Numbered from the stretch's first letter, positions 38,584-48,395 are shown. The stretch is DNA of 64,000 nt from Candidatus Xenobia bacterium (GCA_031551355.1 JAVBNT010000004.1:3067-67066); one strand, 5' to 3'. The notes: a model not told the origin generated them from the letters alone. A program made the numbers and translations.

Positions 38584-38939
38584 GCAGGGATAACATTGGA
38601 TAAAATAAAATACAATCCCTCACTATTTATAAATATCATACATGACAGCCCGAACATAATTGTATAGCCGTGCAGATTCAATCTACCGCTACTTGTATTT
38701 TCACCTTACATTAAAAAATATTCCCCAAAACATTCAAAAAAACAAATCTGACAGCCACAATAAATGCGCAAAAATTAACATAAAGAAAAAAAATTGTTAA
38801 CATGGCGTCAGGGCATGAAACAGAGGATTTTTTACGTTACGTAATGAACATTAAAATGTAAAATAATAAAAAAGTAATACATGGGAAAAGGGAAAAGTAA
38901 CGGAAAATCATCTTAAAACCTGATTTTCCTTAAAGTTTA

Positions 38940-40064
38940 ATGATTAACATTGATTCGATAAGCAAAGAACCCACGCCCCCGAAATTTATCCCTAAAACCC
39001 AGCCCAAGCGCTTATTCTCAAAAGTAAACAAACTGGACCTGCTAATGTTTACGCGAGAGCTTAAAACCGTCTTGGAGTCCGGGCTTGATATAAATTCCGC
39101 ATTAATACTCATGTCTCAGCAGACGCAAAAAAAAGAGATGAATGGGATTATTACCAATATTGTTGTAAAAATAAACAAAGGTTCCAATCTTTCTCAGTCA
39201 ATGGCCGAATACCCCTGGCTTTTTGACCGTGTTTATCTGGGTAGTATAAGGGCCGGAGAGTATAACGGCGATATACCTAAATCTCTGGAAAATCTCGAGC
39301 ACCTTCTCGAAAAAGAAATAGATATGAGAAGGAAAGTAAGCATGGCACTTATTTATCCGTCTATTGCAATGACCGTCTGCCTGGCTTTTACATATATAAC
39401 CTTCAAGTACCTGCTGCCAAACCTGATAGAGTTTCTGACCTCAAACGGCGGCTCGTTGCCGCTGCCGACACAGATACTGATAGCGATAACCCAGATAGTT
39501 TCATATCCCTGGACGCTGCCGATTGTTCTCGTCCTCTGTTTCCTTGCCGTCACAATGTTTAAAAGCTACACAAATATGCCTTACGGGAGATACGCATTCC
39601 ACATGGCCCTGCTGAGAATCCCTGTTATCGGCGTCATACTAAAAAAAATAGCCTATACAAATATAACCAATAGTTTAACGACATTAATCAATAACGGCAT
39701 TTCTCTTACCAAAGCGGTCGAGCTTGCCGGAGAGGCAAGCGGAAACGCGGTTTTCGAAGCCAGTTGTAAAGAAGCCTCAAAGCTACTGAATGACGGGGTG
39801 CCGTTATCTGACTTTTTACTCAGAAATCAGGATCTTTACGGAAAAATATTTGCCAGTATGTTTGCAATCGGCGAAGAGTCAGGCTCGCTGCCTGATATGA
39901 CGGAAAAACTCAATAATCTTTATGAAGTCGACGTCGACAACGCTCTTGGAGCCATCGGCGTTATAATTGAGCCGGTGCTGATCGTAATAACAGGCATAAT
40001 CATCGGTTTTGTGATGCTCGGAGTATTCATGCCGCTCTATAACACCATCTCCAATATGAGATAA
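38940..40064 (+). CDS. Type II secretion system F / type IV pilus platform protein PilC family
   Basis: FTREL..VLESG, AGEY.G, ALIYP, LPLPTQIL, IGEESGSL, IEPVLI, VFMPLY. Confidence 0.92.
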   Translation: MINIDSISKEPTPPKFIPKTQPKRLFSKVNKLDLLMFTRELKTVLESGLDINSALILMSQQTQKKEMNGIITNIVVKINKGSNLSQSMAEYPWLFDRVYLGSIRAGEYNGDIPKSLENLEHLLEKEIDMRRKVSMALIYPSIAMTVCLAFTYITFKYLLPNLIEFLTSNGGSLPLPTQILIAITQIVSYPWTLPIVLVLCFLAVTMFKSYTNMPYGRYAFHMALLRIPVIGVILKKIAYTNITNSLTTLINNGISLTKAVELAGEASGNAVFEASCKEASKLLNDGVPLSDFLLRNQDLYGKIFASMFAIGEESGSLPDMTEKLNNLYEVDVDNALGAIGVIIEPVLIVITGIIIGFVMLGVFMPLYNTISNMR

Positions 40065-40074
40065 CCAAAATTCA

Positions 40075-40563
40075 TCAACTCTTCTCCTCAGAAAGCTGCC
40101 GGTATTTTTCAATAAGACTGTAAAACGGGTGAATAAACGGCATAATCTCAAAGAAGTTAGCCTCGTCATAAACGACTACATCATTCTTCAAAAGACAGAC
40201 ATCCGGTATCATATTCATCATTGAGCGACCGATAAAACATCCGAAAGTCCGGCAGGATAACGGGCGTATCGTATGTATGGCACAGCCGGCAATTTCCCGG
40301 TCGAAAAACGGGCATACCTGCTCCGTCCGCTCTCCCGCAAGACTGAGGATAAAATCTTTAAACCTCCTGAAGCGGGACAAATCGCCGCCGCTTTCAGTCA
40401 GCGCATGCTCAATATAATCAAATTCCAGTTCACTGACGCCAAGCGTATCGATACGCCCGCAGCACATATTACAGTCAACACACGGGTTGCCGTCATACTG
40501 CGGTAAAAAAGTATTGACATAGTTATAAAGCTCGGTGACGGCATGATAGTAATTTTCCTTCAC
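40075..40563 (-). CDS. YkgJ family cysteine cluster protein
   Basis: CVDCNMCC, CPFF, CAIHTIRPLSCRTF. Confidence 0.85.
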   Translation of the reverse strand: MKENYYHAVTELYNYVNTFLPQYDGNPCVDCNMCCGRIDTLGVSELEFDYIEHALTESGGDLSRFRRFKDFILSLAGERTEQVCPFFDREIAGCAIHTIRPLSCRTFGCFIGRSMMNMIPDVCLLKNDVVVYDEANFFEIMPFIHPFYSLIEKYRQLSEEKS

Positions 40564-40577
40564 AACAAAAAACCTCC

Positions 40578-40700
40578 AATCAACTGAAATGAACGGATCT
40601 TCGTCGTCAAAGCCGATATTCGCTCGCTCGACGTAGATCAGACTACGCCTCGCTCGTCGAAATCAACTTTGACTTAGCCCTCCATTCATTTGAGTTGATT
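40578..40700 (-). ncRNA. Structured intergenic repeat element, family A (Clostridiales-1-like long hairpin)
   Basis: Minus strand: outer stem AATCAACTcAAATGAA/TTCATTTcAGTTGATT, CTAAG, inner stem TCAAAGttGAT/ATCggCTTTGA, core CGACGAGCGAGGCGTAG..CTACG..GCGAGC, CGACG. Confidence 0.55.
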
Positions 40701-40759
40701 TATTATTTTATGATAAACGTAGACACGACTACGCTTCGCTTGTCGGCAATACGGTTTGC

Positions 40760-40857
40760 CTTCACATCTTCACCGGTTTGAATTGATTTGTATTTTTATA
40801 AATTCCCCTCCTCTGGGGGGGTGCTGCAAAGCGGCGGGGTGGTTTTCCGCCAGGTCA
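40760..40857. repeat. ~98-bp dispersed repeat; inverted copy at 56348..56445
   Basis: CACCGGTTTGAATTGATTT..AAATTCCCCTCCT..GGGGTG..CAAAGCGGCGGGGTGGTTTTCCGC matches the reverse complement at 56348-56445. Confidence 0.85.
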
Positions 40858-40892
40858 ACTTGAATATTCGCTCTCTCGGCGTAGCTCAGACT

Positions 40893-41088
40893 CAATGTCA
40901 TTAAGTTAAGGTTTTAAATCTCCGTTTTTGCCATTTTCGTCATTGCGGGGAGGCACCGACGAAGCAATCCAGAAAAACAAATGCCTGGATTGCCGCGCCT
41001 TACAGGCTCGCAATGACGCGTGGAGCGAATTAATTTCGTGATTTCTGTCACAAATCCAAGAATAGCTTCTCTTAACTTAATGACATTG
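40893..41088. mobile_element. MITE with 18-bp perfect TIRs and 10-bp target duplication (IS4-like ends)
   Basis: CAATGTCATTAAGTTAAG ... CTTAACTTAATGACATTG, flanked by AGCTCAGACT and AGTTCAGACT; second copy at 58340. Confidence 0.85.
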
Positions 41089-41298
41089 AGTTCAGACTGC
41101 GCTTCGCTTGTCGAAATCAGTATAGACTTGGGCATCTCCATTCAGCAGAAATTATACCATGAAGTTCTGTTGCTGTCATCGCAAAAATAGTCTTGCGTCT
41201 ACTACAAAACAAAATTTCGCCCGGAATAAATTCACCGTATTTCGTTTTTTGATATAATGCTGCGGGATGGTTTTATAGCAGTTTAATTACAAATTGCA

Positions 41299-42222
41299 CT
41301 AAAACTCAGTAATATTTATAAAAGGTGAAAAAGTATCCACATCATCGGGATTTACAAGACTGTAGACCGGCGCAAAGGCACAGGACAGGGAAAAGGCTAC
41401 GGCAGTTGTCAAAGAAGACTGCAAATCCCTGCCATTCAGACGCGACATTATATAACCGGCAAAAAGCGAATCCCCGCAACAAACGCAAAGTCCGGGAAAA
41501 ATCTTTGAACTGACAGCCTTGAACGTTTTTCCGGCAGTGAAAAGTTTTACTCCGCTCGCACCTGCGGAAACAAGAAGTTCCGCGCCTTCAGGAAGGGACA
41601 CATGCTCTTCAAGCTGCTCCAGTGAATTAATAGGCTCCGCAGAAATTCCGGAAAACTCTTTTAAATTAGCCTTAAGAAAAGAATAAGGCAGTTCGGAAAC
41701 GGTTTTCATATATTTTGCGGACACATCCAGCGCCAGTTTGACGCCTTTGGCAGCGGTTTTTCCGGCAATGTATGAATAAAATCCGCTATCAAGACCGGCA
41801 GGCAAAGAACCGCCGATATAAAGAAGATCGCCTTTATGGCAATGAAGCAGCACCCAATCGGCAAGCTCCCCAGAGGTTACATTTTCCGGCAACGGCGGTC
41901 CGGGATTGTTAATCTTGAAACGCCGCCCGCAGGAATCCTCGAGCAAATAATTGCGCCTCGTTTCTCCCGACATCCTGAAAGAACTGAAAGAAACGGCTTC
42001 CCCACGCAAGAGCTCATGAAGAAGTTTTCCCGAAAGGCCCGATTGGGTAAAAAGCGCCGTGGAAGGAAATTTAAAGCGGCGCAATATTCTGGCGATGTTA
42101 ATGCCCTTACCGCCTGAGGAAATAAAGTCCTCCGAAGACTCGGCAACGGTATTTTCCTTAAAACCGGGAACCTTCATATAACAGTCAATAGCCGGATTGG
42201 GGGTAAAGGCAACAACTCGCAT
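41299..42222 (-). CDS. PfkB family 1-phosphofructokinase-like sugar kinase
   Basis: TPNPAID, GGKGINIAR, GETRRN, NNPGP, GGSLPAG, LKANLKEF, SAGASG, CCGDSLFAG. Confidence 0.85.
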   Translation of the reverse strand: MRVVAFTPNPAIDCYMKVPGFKENTVAESSEDFISSGGKGINIARILRRFKFPSTALFTQSGLSGKLLHELLRGEAVSFSSFRMSGETRRNYLLEDSCGRRFKINNPGPPLPENVTSGELADWVLLHCHKGDLLYIGGSLPAGLDSGFYSYIAGKTAAKGVKLALDVSAKYMKTVSELPYSFLKANLKEFSGISAEPINSLEQLEEHVSLPEGAELLVSAGASGVKLFTAGKTFKAVSSKIFPGLCVCCGDSLFAGYIMSRLNGRDLQSSLTTAVAFSLSCAFAPVYSLVNPDDVDTFSPFINITEF

Positions 42223-42354
42223 ACAATAACCTCATAAACATAGATGACACAAATTTACCGAACACAAAACAAGTAAAATATTTTATTCCAGCTCAGAGGC
42301 AGAAAGCCTTTTAGGATTATATAGTAAACCACTCCAACATTCAGTTCAAATAAT

Positions 42355-42489
42355 TATAGTAACATCAAAAATAATGATCATTTCAGCTTTAATTATGGAT
42401 ACCCGCCGGAGTTTATCCTCGTGAAAACGGGGACCTGTATGACATCCTTATAGCAATTGAATCATTACGGATTTTTTGATGTTACTATA
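42355..42489. mobile_element. TA-ended MITE-like element with 17-bp TIRs
   Basis: TATAGTAACATCAAAAA ... TTTTTGATGTTACTATA; its terminal 22 bp recur identically at 37337-37358. Confidence 0.65.
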
Positions 42490-42599
42490 CCATTTTTGAT
42501 AATGAAAAAGAGCCATCTTATTTTTAATGAGGACGGCCCTTCAATTTTATCCGAGATGCAGTCAATTGTGTAAGCTTACTGATATATTACATTAAACAA

Positions 42600-42722
42600 A
42601 CGGCGTTCAAATTGATGGAGAACCTAAGACAAACATTATTGCGACGAGCAGAGCGTAGTCTTTCCTACGTGGCGCGAGCAAAATAATGTTTGGCAACGGT
42701 AATTCATCGATTTCAACGCCGT
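42600..42722 (+). ncRNA. Structured intergenic repeat element, family A
   Basis: Outer stem ACGGCGTTcAAATtGATG/CATCGATTTcAACGCCGT, CTAAG, inner stem CAAACATTATT/AATAATGTTTG, core CGACGAGCagaGCGTAG..CTACG..GCGAGC. Confidence 0.55.
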
Positions 42723-42731
42723 AACTGCAGC

Positions 42732-44810
42732 TTATTTTGCGGCTAGTTCTTTGGCTTTAAGTGCCTTCAGAACTTCTTCCTGCATTTCACCCGGAAGAGG
42801 TTCATACTGATGGAACTCCATGGAAAAATTAGCCCGGCCGCTGCTTAGGCTTCTTAAAGACGTTGCATAACCAAACATTTCCTTAAGAGGAACCGTTCCG
42901 TTTATCTTTTGCGAACCTTTTCTGAAGCGGCGCATGTTGCTGATTTTTCCGCGTCTTTTATTGACGTCGGCGATTACATCACCAAGATAATCGTCAGGCG
43001 AGTTTATTTCCAGTTTCATCACCGGTTCCAGAAGAATCGGAGCCGCGGATTTAAAAGCTTCCTTAAATGACATTGAGCCTGCAGTCCTGAAAGCCATTTC
43101 CGAGGAATCTACAGTATGTGCCGAACCGTCAAGCAATACGACCTTTACATCGACAACAGGATACTTGGCCAGCACACCCTTTTCCATCGCATCAACAACA
43201 CCTTTTTCAATTGCCGGTATATATTCCCTGGGAATAACACCGCCTTTAATCATTTCCACAAACTCAAAGCCCTTGCCGGGATTCGGTTCAATCCTGATTA
43301 CGCAATGGGCAAAGTGTCCCTTGCCTCCGGACTGTTTGACATATCTGGTATTAGCATTACCTTCGGTAGTAATTGTTTCCCTGTAGGCAATGGAAGGTTC
43401 GCCCGGCTGGACGGTGATACCGAAATCAGTTTTCAAACGGTCGATAATTATTTCCAGATGAAGCTCGCCCATTCCGGAAATAATCGCCTCTTCGGTCTCA
43501 TCGTCAAAATGGAATGTAAACGACGGATCCTCAAGCAGCAGCTTTTTAAGGGCAATAACAAGTTTATCCCTTTCCTGACGGCTGCCGACTGTGGCCTTGA
43601 TGCTTATTACCGACGGCGGAATCTGAATATTTTCCAAAATAACCGGATTGTCGGGATCACAGATAGTATCTCCGGTTGTCGTATACTTCATACCGATAAG
43701 TGCTACAATCTCTCCCGCAAAAGCTTCTTCGACTTCTTCCCTGTCCTTGGCAAAAATTCTTAAAATACGTCCTATACGTTCTTTTTTCTGTTTGCCGGGA
43801 TTCCAGACCATATCACCGGATTTAATCGAACCCGAATAAATACGCGTAAAGGTCTGCTGGCCTACATACGGATCATGAATGATTTTAAAAGCCAGAGCCG
43901 AAAACGGAGACGAAACCGAAGGCTGACGGGCCTGTGTTTTTTCACGGTCATCGGGATTAAAGCCGATTATTTCGCCTTTATCCTTCGGTGACGGAAGATA
44001 CGCAACCACGGCGTCAAGCAACGGTTGGATACCAATATTTCTATAAGCAGCCCCACAAAATACCGGCGTAATCAGCGAACGCAACACACAGTCACGCGTC
44101 ACACGGTGTATCAGTTCTTCGGAGATTTCTTTTTCCTCAAGAAAGAGAGTCAATAGCTCATCATCAAACTCGGCGATTTTTTCAATCAGCAAAGCCCTGT
44201 ATTTCCGAGCTTCGTCAAGTTTTTCCGACGGAATATCAGCAGTCGACGATACCCCTTTATCAAAAGTCAAAAGCTTCATGGATACAAGGTCAACAACACC
44301 TTTGAGCTCATCTTGGCCATACCAGGGAATCTGATAACGGATCGGATTTGCCTCCAGACGTTCATCCATCATTGAGATACAACGGTCAAAATCAGCACCC
44401 TCAAGATCCATTTTATTTATAAATGCTATGCGCGGAATACCGAACCTGTGCGCCTGATTCCAGACTGTTTCCGACTGCGGCTGAACACCGCCGACGGCAC
44501 AAAAGACGGAAACAACTCCGTCAAGAACCCTGAGCGATCTTTCGACTTCAAGCATAAAATCGACGTGACCGGGTGTATCAATAAGATTTAAGGTGTGATC
44601 GTTCCAGTGGCTGCAAACTGCTGCCGAGGCAATTGTAATTCCCCGCTCCTGTTCCTGTTTCATAAAGTCCATCGTCGCCTGTCCATTATGAACTTCACCG
44701 ACTTTCCTTAAAAAACCGGTATAAAAAAGTATACGCTCGGACACCGTTGTTTTGCCAGCATCAATATGAGCAATAATGCCGAAATTTCTGATTCTAATAA
44801 GATTTACCAT
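42732..44810 (-). CDS. fusA: Elongation factor G (stand-alone copy)
   Basis: IRNFGIIAHIDAGKTT, QEQERGITI, DTPGHVDF, NKMD, GMGELHLEI, YRETI, DSSEMAF, EMFGYAT.LRS; ATG at 44810 follows AGGAG. Confidence 0.93.
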   Translation of the reverse strand: MVNLIRIRNFGIIAHIDAGKTTVSERILFYTGFLRKVGEVHNGQATMDFMKQEQERGITIASAAVCSHWNDHTLNLIDTPGHVDFMLEVERSLRVLDGVVSVFCAVGGVQPQSETVWNQAHRFGIPRIAFINKMDLEGADFDRCISMMDERLEANPIRYQIPWYGQDELKGVVDLVSMKLLTFDKGVSSTADIPSEKLDEARKYRALLIEKIAEFDDELLTLFLEEKEISEELIHRVTRDCVLRSLITPVFCGAAYRNIGIQPLLDAVVAYLPSPKDKGEIIGFNPDDREKTQARQPSVSSPFSALAFKIIHDPYVGQQTFTRIYSGSIKSGDMVWNPGKQKKERIGRILRIFAKDREEVEEAFAGEIVALIGMKYTTTGDTICDPDNPVILENIQIPPSVISIKATVGSRQERDKLVIALKKLLLEDPSFTFHFDDETEEAIISGMGELHLEIIIDRLKTDFGITVQPGEPSIAYRETITTEGNANTRYVKQSGGKGHFAHCVIRIEPNPGKGFEFVEMIKGGVIPREYIPAIEKGVVDAMEKGVLAKYPVVDVKVVLLDGSAHTVDSSEMAFRTAGSMSFKEAFKSAAPILLEPVMKLEINSPDDYLGDVIADVNKRRGKISNMRRFRKGSQKINGTVPLKEMFGYATSLRSLSSGRANFSMEFHQYEPLPGEMQEEVLKALKAKELAAK

Positions 44811-45036
44811 AAAAAAACTCCTAAAAAAATAACCGTAAACAAAGCCGCAAAGGATTTGGTTACGCCCCCTTAATATAAAGTCAAGGCGGCAAGGGCCGCA
44901 CTGTAAAAACTTAAGAAAAGGGTAAAATACATTGCTGAAACACATCGTTTTAACAACAATGTATTAGTATTACATTTTAAAGTCGCCATGTCAAGAGATT
45001 AAAATAAAAAAATCCTCATTTTTTTAAAAATATATA

Positions 45037-45065
45037 TTGACAGTCATCTTAAGCTATGATAAAAT
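45037..45065 (+). promoter_or_regulatory. Sigma70 promoter of the tRNA-Ile/tRNA-Ala pair
   Basis: TTGACA-17bp-TAAAAT with extended -10 TG, 13 bp before tRNA-Ile. Confidence 0.75.
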
Positions 45066-45078
45066 ACCTGAAGTTGAC

Positions 45079-45152
<74 letters not shown>

Positions 45153-45186
45153 TCACTCCAGGACCAAAGGTCCTTTAATATAGATT

Positions 45187-45259
45187 GGGGCTGTAGCTCA
45201 GCTGGGAGAGCGCCTGCCTTGCACGTAGGAAGTCGTCGGTTCGAGCCCGTCCAGCTCCA
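45187..45259 (+). tRNA. tRNA-Ala(TGC)
   Basis: GGGGCTG/CAGCTCC acceptor with G3:U70, anticodon loop CTTGCAC, GGTTCGAGCCC. Confidence 0.96.
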
Positions 45260-45267
45260 CTTAATAG

Positions 45268-45320
45268 AATAAACCTGAACACATCACAGACACCGTGTTC
45301 AGGTTTATTCTATTTTATTT
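45268..45320 (+). terminator. Terminator after the tRNA pair
   Basis: AATAAACCTGAACAC ... GTGTTCAGGTTTATT followed by a T-rich tail. Confidence 0.7.
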
Positions 45321-45390
45321 AAAAGGAAAATACAAAAATGCGGAAAAATAGAGCAATATAACAATATTTAAAGTATAGCGAGGAAATTCC

Positions 45391-46293
45391 GTGATAGAAT
45401 CCGACAGGCTGCTCATCCTTTTAAATATCAAAAGCATCACCGAAAAATCCATACATACACTTGAAGGGATGCTTAACGGCATCAGCATCGACGATGAACT
45501 AAGTGAAACGGAGATTGAAAATATAAATGCCTGGCTCAATGAAAACAGAAAACTGTCCAACAGACACCCTTTCAACGAGCTGATTCCCAAACTGGAATCG
45601 TCAATATACGGCAAAAACTTAAGTGAAGAAGAAAAAGAAGACATTATCTGGGTCTGCAAAAATCTAACCGGAAAAAATAAATTCTATAATCTTGTTGTAT
45701 CAGACATTCAAAGGCTGCATGGGATACTGAGCGGCATTCTGCTTGACGACAAAATAACTCATCAGGAACTTGACGGACTGATTGAGTGGCTGGAGCAAAA
45801 TAAGCATCTGGCAAGCACATATCCATATGACGAAATTTATGCCATCGTTTCGGGTGTAATCAAAGACAGAAAAGTAACCAGACAGGAAGAAAATTTCCTG
45901 AAACTCTACTTTGCACAGTTCAGCGAAATTATTCCGACTGTAACTGCAGACCCCCAGGAACTGGATGAGTTAAAACAACAGATAAAAAAAGTCGGTATCT
46001 GTGCAATAGAGCCGCAAATAAAATTCCGCGGCAAGATGTTCTGCTTTACGGGAGAATCTATTATTGCCTACAGGGATGAAATGGAGCGGCAGGTAACAAG
46101 GCTCGGGGGTATATGCAAAAACTTCATCTCCAAAGAAATAGATTATCTCGTTGTCGGTAATGAAGGAAATCCCTGCTGGGCATTTTCATGTTACGGCAGA
46201 AAAATAGAAAAAGCAATGGAACTGCGGAAAAAAGGCACTAAAATCAGGATAATAAATGAAAATGATTTCTGGAAGGCAGCCCGATCTTTATGA
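45391..46293 (+). CDS. BRCT domain-containing protein with repeated N-terminal helical units
   Basis: C-terminal FCFTGES..R..ME..V..LGG, DYLVVG, YGRKIEKA; L.G.L.GI..DD....E...WL unit present twice. Confidence 0.8.
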   Translation: MIESDRLLILLNIKSITEKSIHTLEGMLNGISIDDELSETEIENINAWLNENRKLSNRHPFNELIPKLESSIYGKNLSEEEKEDIIWVCKNLTGKNKFYNLVVSDIQRLHGILSGILLDDKITHQELDGLIEWLEQNKHLASTYPYDEIYAIVSGVIKDRKVTRQEENFLKLYFAQFSEIIPTVTADPQELDELKQQIKKVGICAIEPQIKFRGKMFCFTGESIIAYRDEMERQVTRLGGICKNFISKEIDYLVVGNEGNPCWAFSCYGRKIEKAMELRKKGTKIRIINENDFWKAARSL

Positions 46294-46475
46294 GAATCAG
46301 AACACTCCGGCAAAAAATAATTTGTCAAGTCCCATAAATTCAGGGCATTTTTACCCGGTATTGAAGGTTTGAGATTGGTATAAAAAGAATTAATAAAAAT
46401 ATCATCTATTCATCGGAATTTTAGCCGACAAAATATACCTTCAATACAAACCGGGGGAAAAGAGGGCACATTTTT

Positions 46476-46919
46476 ATGAAAATGCCTGATATTATTGAAG
46501 AAACCATGTTTGCTACCTGTGGAATGAACTGTATTGCCTGCTATAAACACATCGCGGCAAGGAATTACGGTAAACCGTGCCGCGGATGCTTTGATGAACC
46601 ACAGGGAATAAGCTTCGATTCAGGGAAACTGACGGTATGTCACGAATGCGATATCAAAAATTGCGCAAAAGAAAAAAAACTTAAATATTGTTACGAATGC
46701 AAAGATTTTCCATGCAAAATACTGGCGCGCATGGAGAACAGCTATAACGAAAGATACGACGAAAGTATAATAGAAAACAGCATCACCGTTAAAGAGCATG
46801 GGATTGAAAAATTTATGGAGTCACAGCGTGAAAAATGGATATGCCCCAAATGCGGCGGCATAATATCAATTCATGACTTCTACTGCAGCGAATGCGGCAG
46901 CGGATTCGTAAAAGAATAA
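46476..46919 (+). CDS. DUF3795 family Cys-rich protein
   Basis: CGMNCIAC, CRGC, C.IKNCA, CYECKDFPC, CPKCGG..S.H..CSECG. Confidence 0.85.
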   Translation: MKMPDIIEETMFATCGMNCIACYKHIAARNYGKPCRGCFDEPQGISFDSGKLTVCHECDIKNCAKEKKLKYCYECKDFPCKILARMENSYNERYDESIIENSITVKEHGIEKFMESQREKWICPKCGGIISIHDFYCSECGSGFVKE

Positions 46920-46922
46920 AAA

Positions 46923-48230
46923 CTAATACATCAAAATATCATCAATTTTCGACAGCGGAACGGCATAGAACCTTATCGGCCCGTTACACCCGCAAGGCAG
47001 GCTGAATATATAAGATTTAAACAGAGAATGGTTCCTGGGGACACGTTCATTTTCGAAAATCCATGCACGGTGTGCTTCCTGTGAAGACAGCATAATCTCA
47101 TCAGGAAACATTATTTTTGCGAATAAACTATAAATAGCCGCGACATCACCGCTTACCGACAAATCTCTGGGAACCTCTTTTAAAACAGCCAGGGAACGGC
47201 CTCCTGCGGCCGATGCCATTAAAACAACCGATTCATCATGCCCTGTATCATTGATAATACATAGATCCAGAAAGTAAACAACGCCAAAATTGCCGACGGC
47301 TTTTTGTATGTAAAGACCGGGAGACGGCAAACTGTCATAATATTCACCTGGGTTACATGACGAATATATACCCTGAGTGGCACTGGCTATTTCAGCATAG
47401 GAAATCTCCGACAGCCGGTATGAAAACTCGCCCCTCAGCTCCGTATAGTCGAAATAGCCTCTGACTCTTTGAATCGTTTCCGACGATTCATGCAAAAGCG
47501 GATCTACGGCAAGCGGAACCGATAAAATATCATCACCGGCAACAAAACGCTCCTTTCCGGCTGAGACGGCCACGACCACAGTTACGTCAGCAGGCGTCCC
47601 ATCTTCGCAGGCAGACAGGAAATCGCTCATAAAACTTAATGTCTCACCGTTATTAAAAGGAAGCGGTAAAACAAATTTTTCACCCGGATCTATTTTAAAA
47701 GTTCCTTCACCGTAACTCTGCGGCAACAGCCATCTTATAAAAGCATTTCTCCCGGCCACAGCCGGATCGCTTGACATAGTCTCTAAAGATGGTACAATCC
47801 TGCCGTCCGGCCTGAATTCAAGCGTAGACGTTCTCAAACTGCTTATATATACGGGCCGGTTATTGTTATTTACAAAAATGATATTCATATCGGCATTTAT
47901 GCCAAGCATATTCTGATGGTGGAGCAAAATACGGAAATAACCGCCGGTATAAGCTCTGAAAACATAGCAAGGCAGCTTTTCTTCAGAGAAACTTTCAGGT
48001 GAATTACTGAATAAAAAAAAATTTTTCGAAGACAACTTCTCGAGTTTTTTGTCCGGCATTATCTGACGCCCGAATTTAGGTTTTATCCATACGGTTGTGC
48101 CATGAGGAATCCATTTATAAAAAGCCGGACTCTTGGATGAGTAATGGTAAATGCCCAAATTAAAAAAGATTGCCGTTAAGGCAAACATAAAAATATAAAA
48201 GAAAACAGTTCTGTAAAAATATTTAAACAT
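46923..48230 (-). CDS. Membrane-anchored hypothetical protein, DUF3370-like; paralogue of 4670..6433
   Basis: N-terminal TM; FSNSPES, RILLHHQN, GNFGVVYFLDL. Confidence 0.65.
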   Translation of the reverse strand: MFKYFYRTVFFYIFMFALTAIFFNLGIYHYSSKSPAFYKWIPHGTTVWIKPKFGRQIMPDKKLEKLSSKNFFLFSNSPESFSEEKLPCYVFRAYTGGYFRILLHHQNMLGINADMNIIFVNNNNRPVYISSLRTSTLEFRPDGRIVPSLETMSSDPAVAGRNAFIRWLLPQSYGEGTFKIDPGEKFVLPLPFNNGETLSFMSDFLSACEDGTPADVTVVVAVSAGKERFVAGDDILSVPLAVDPLLHESSETIQRVRGYFDYTELRGEFSYRLSEISYAEIASATQGIYSSCNPGEYYDSLPSPGLYIQKAVGNFGVVYFLDLCIINDTGHDESVVLMASAAGGRSLAVLKEVPRDLSVSGDVAAIYSLFAKIMFPDEIMLSSQEAHRAWIFENERVPRNHSLFKSYIFSLPCGCNGPIRFYAVPLSKIDDILMY

Positions 48231-48395
48231 ACACCCGGTATTATATTATTTAGACATCGTAACGTCAAAATAATAAATACGGCATGTGATAAAAATGACC
48301 TGCACAAAAGTATTCCCAACAAAGAATAAGCTGAGAACAGGGGAATAAATTCTCGCGAAGCAACATATCATCATACTTTATTCCGGTTGTCATCG

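Noticed and set aside
31080-38900. Intact prophage or integrative element at tRNA-Thr
   Set aside because: No integrase, phage structural genes or att duplication found; reported only as a decayed accessory region
40914-41141. 75-aa ORF as a MITE-encoded protein
   Set aside because: It crosses the TIR boundary and has no transposase motif
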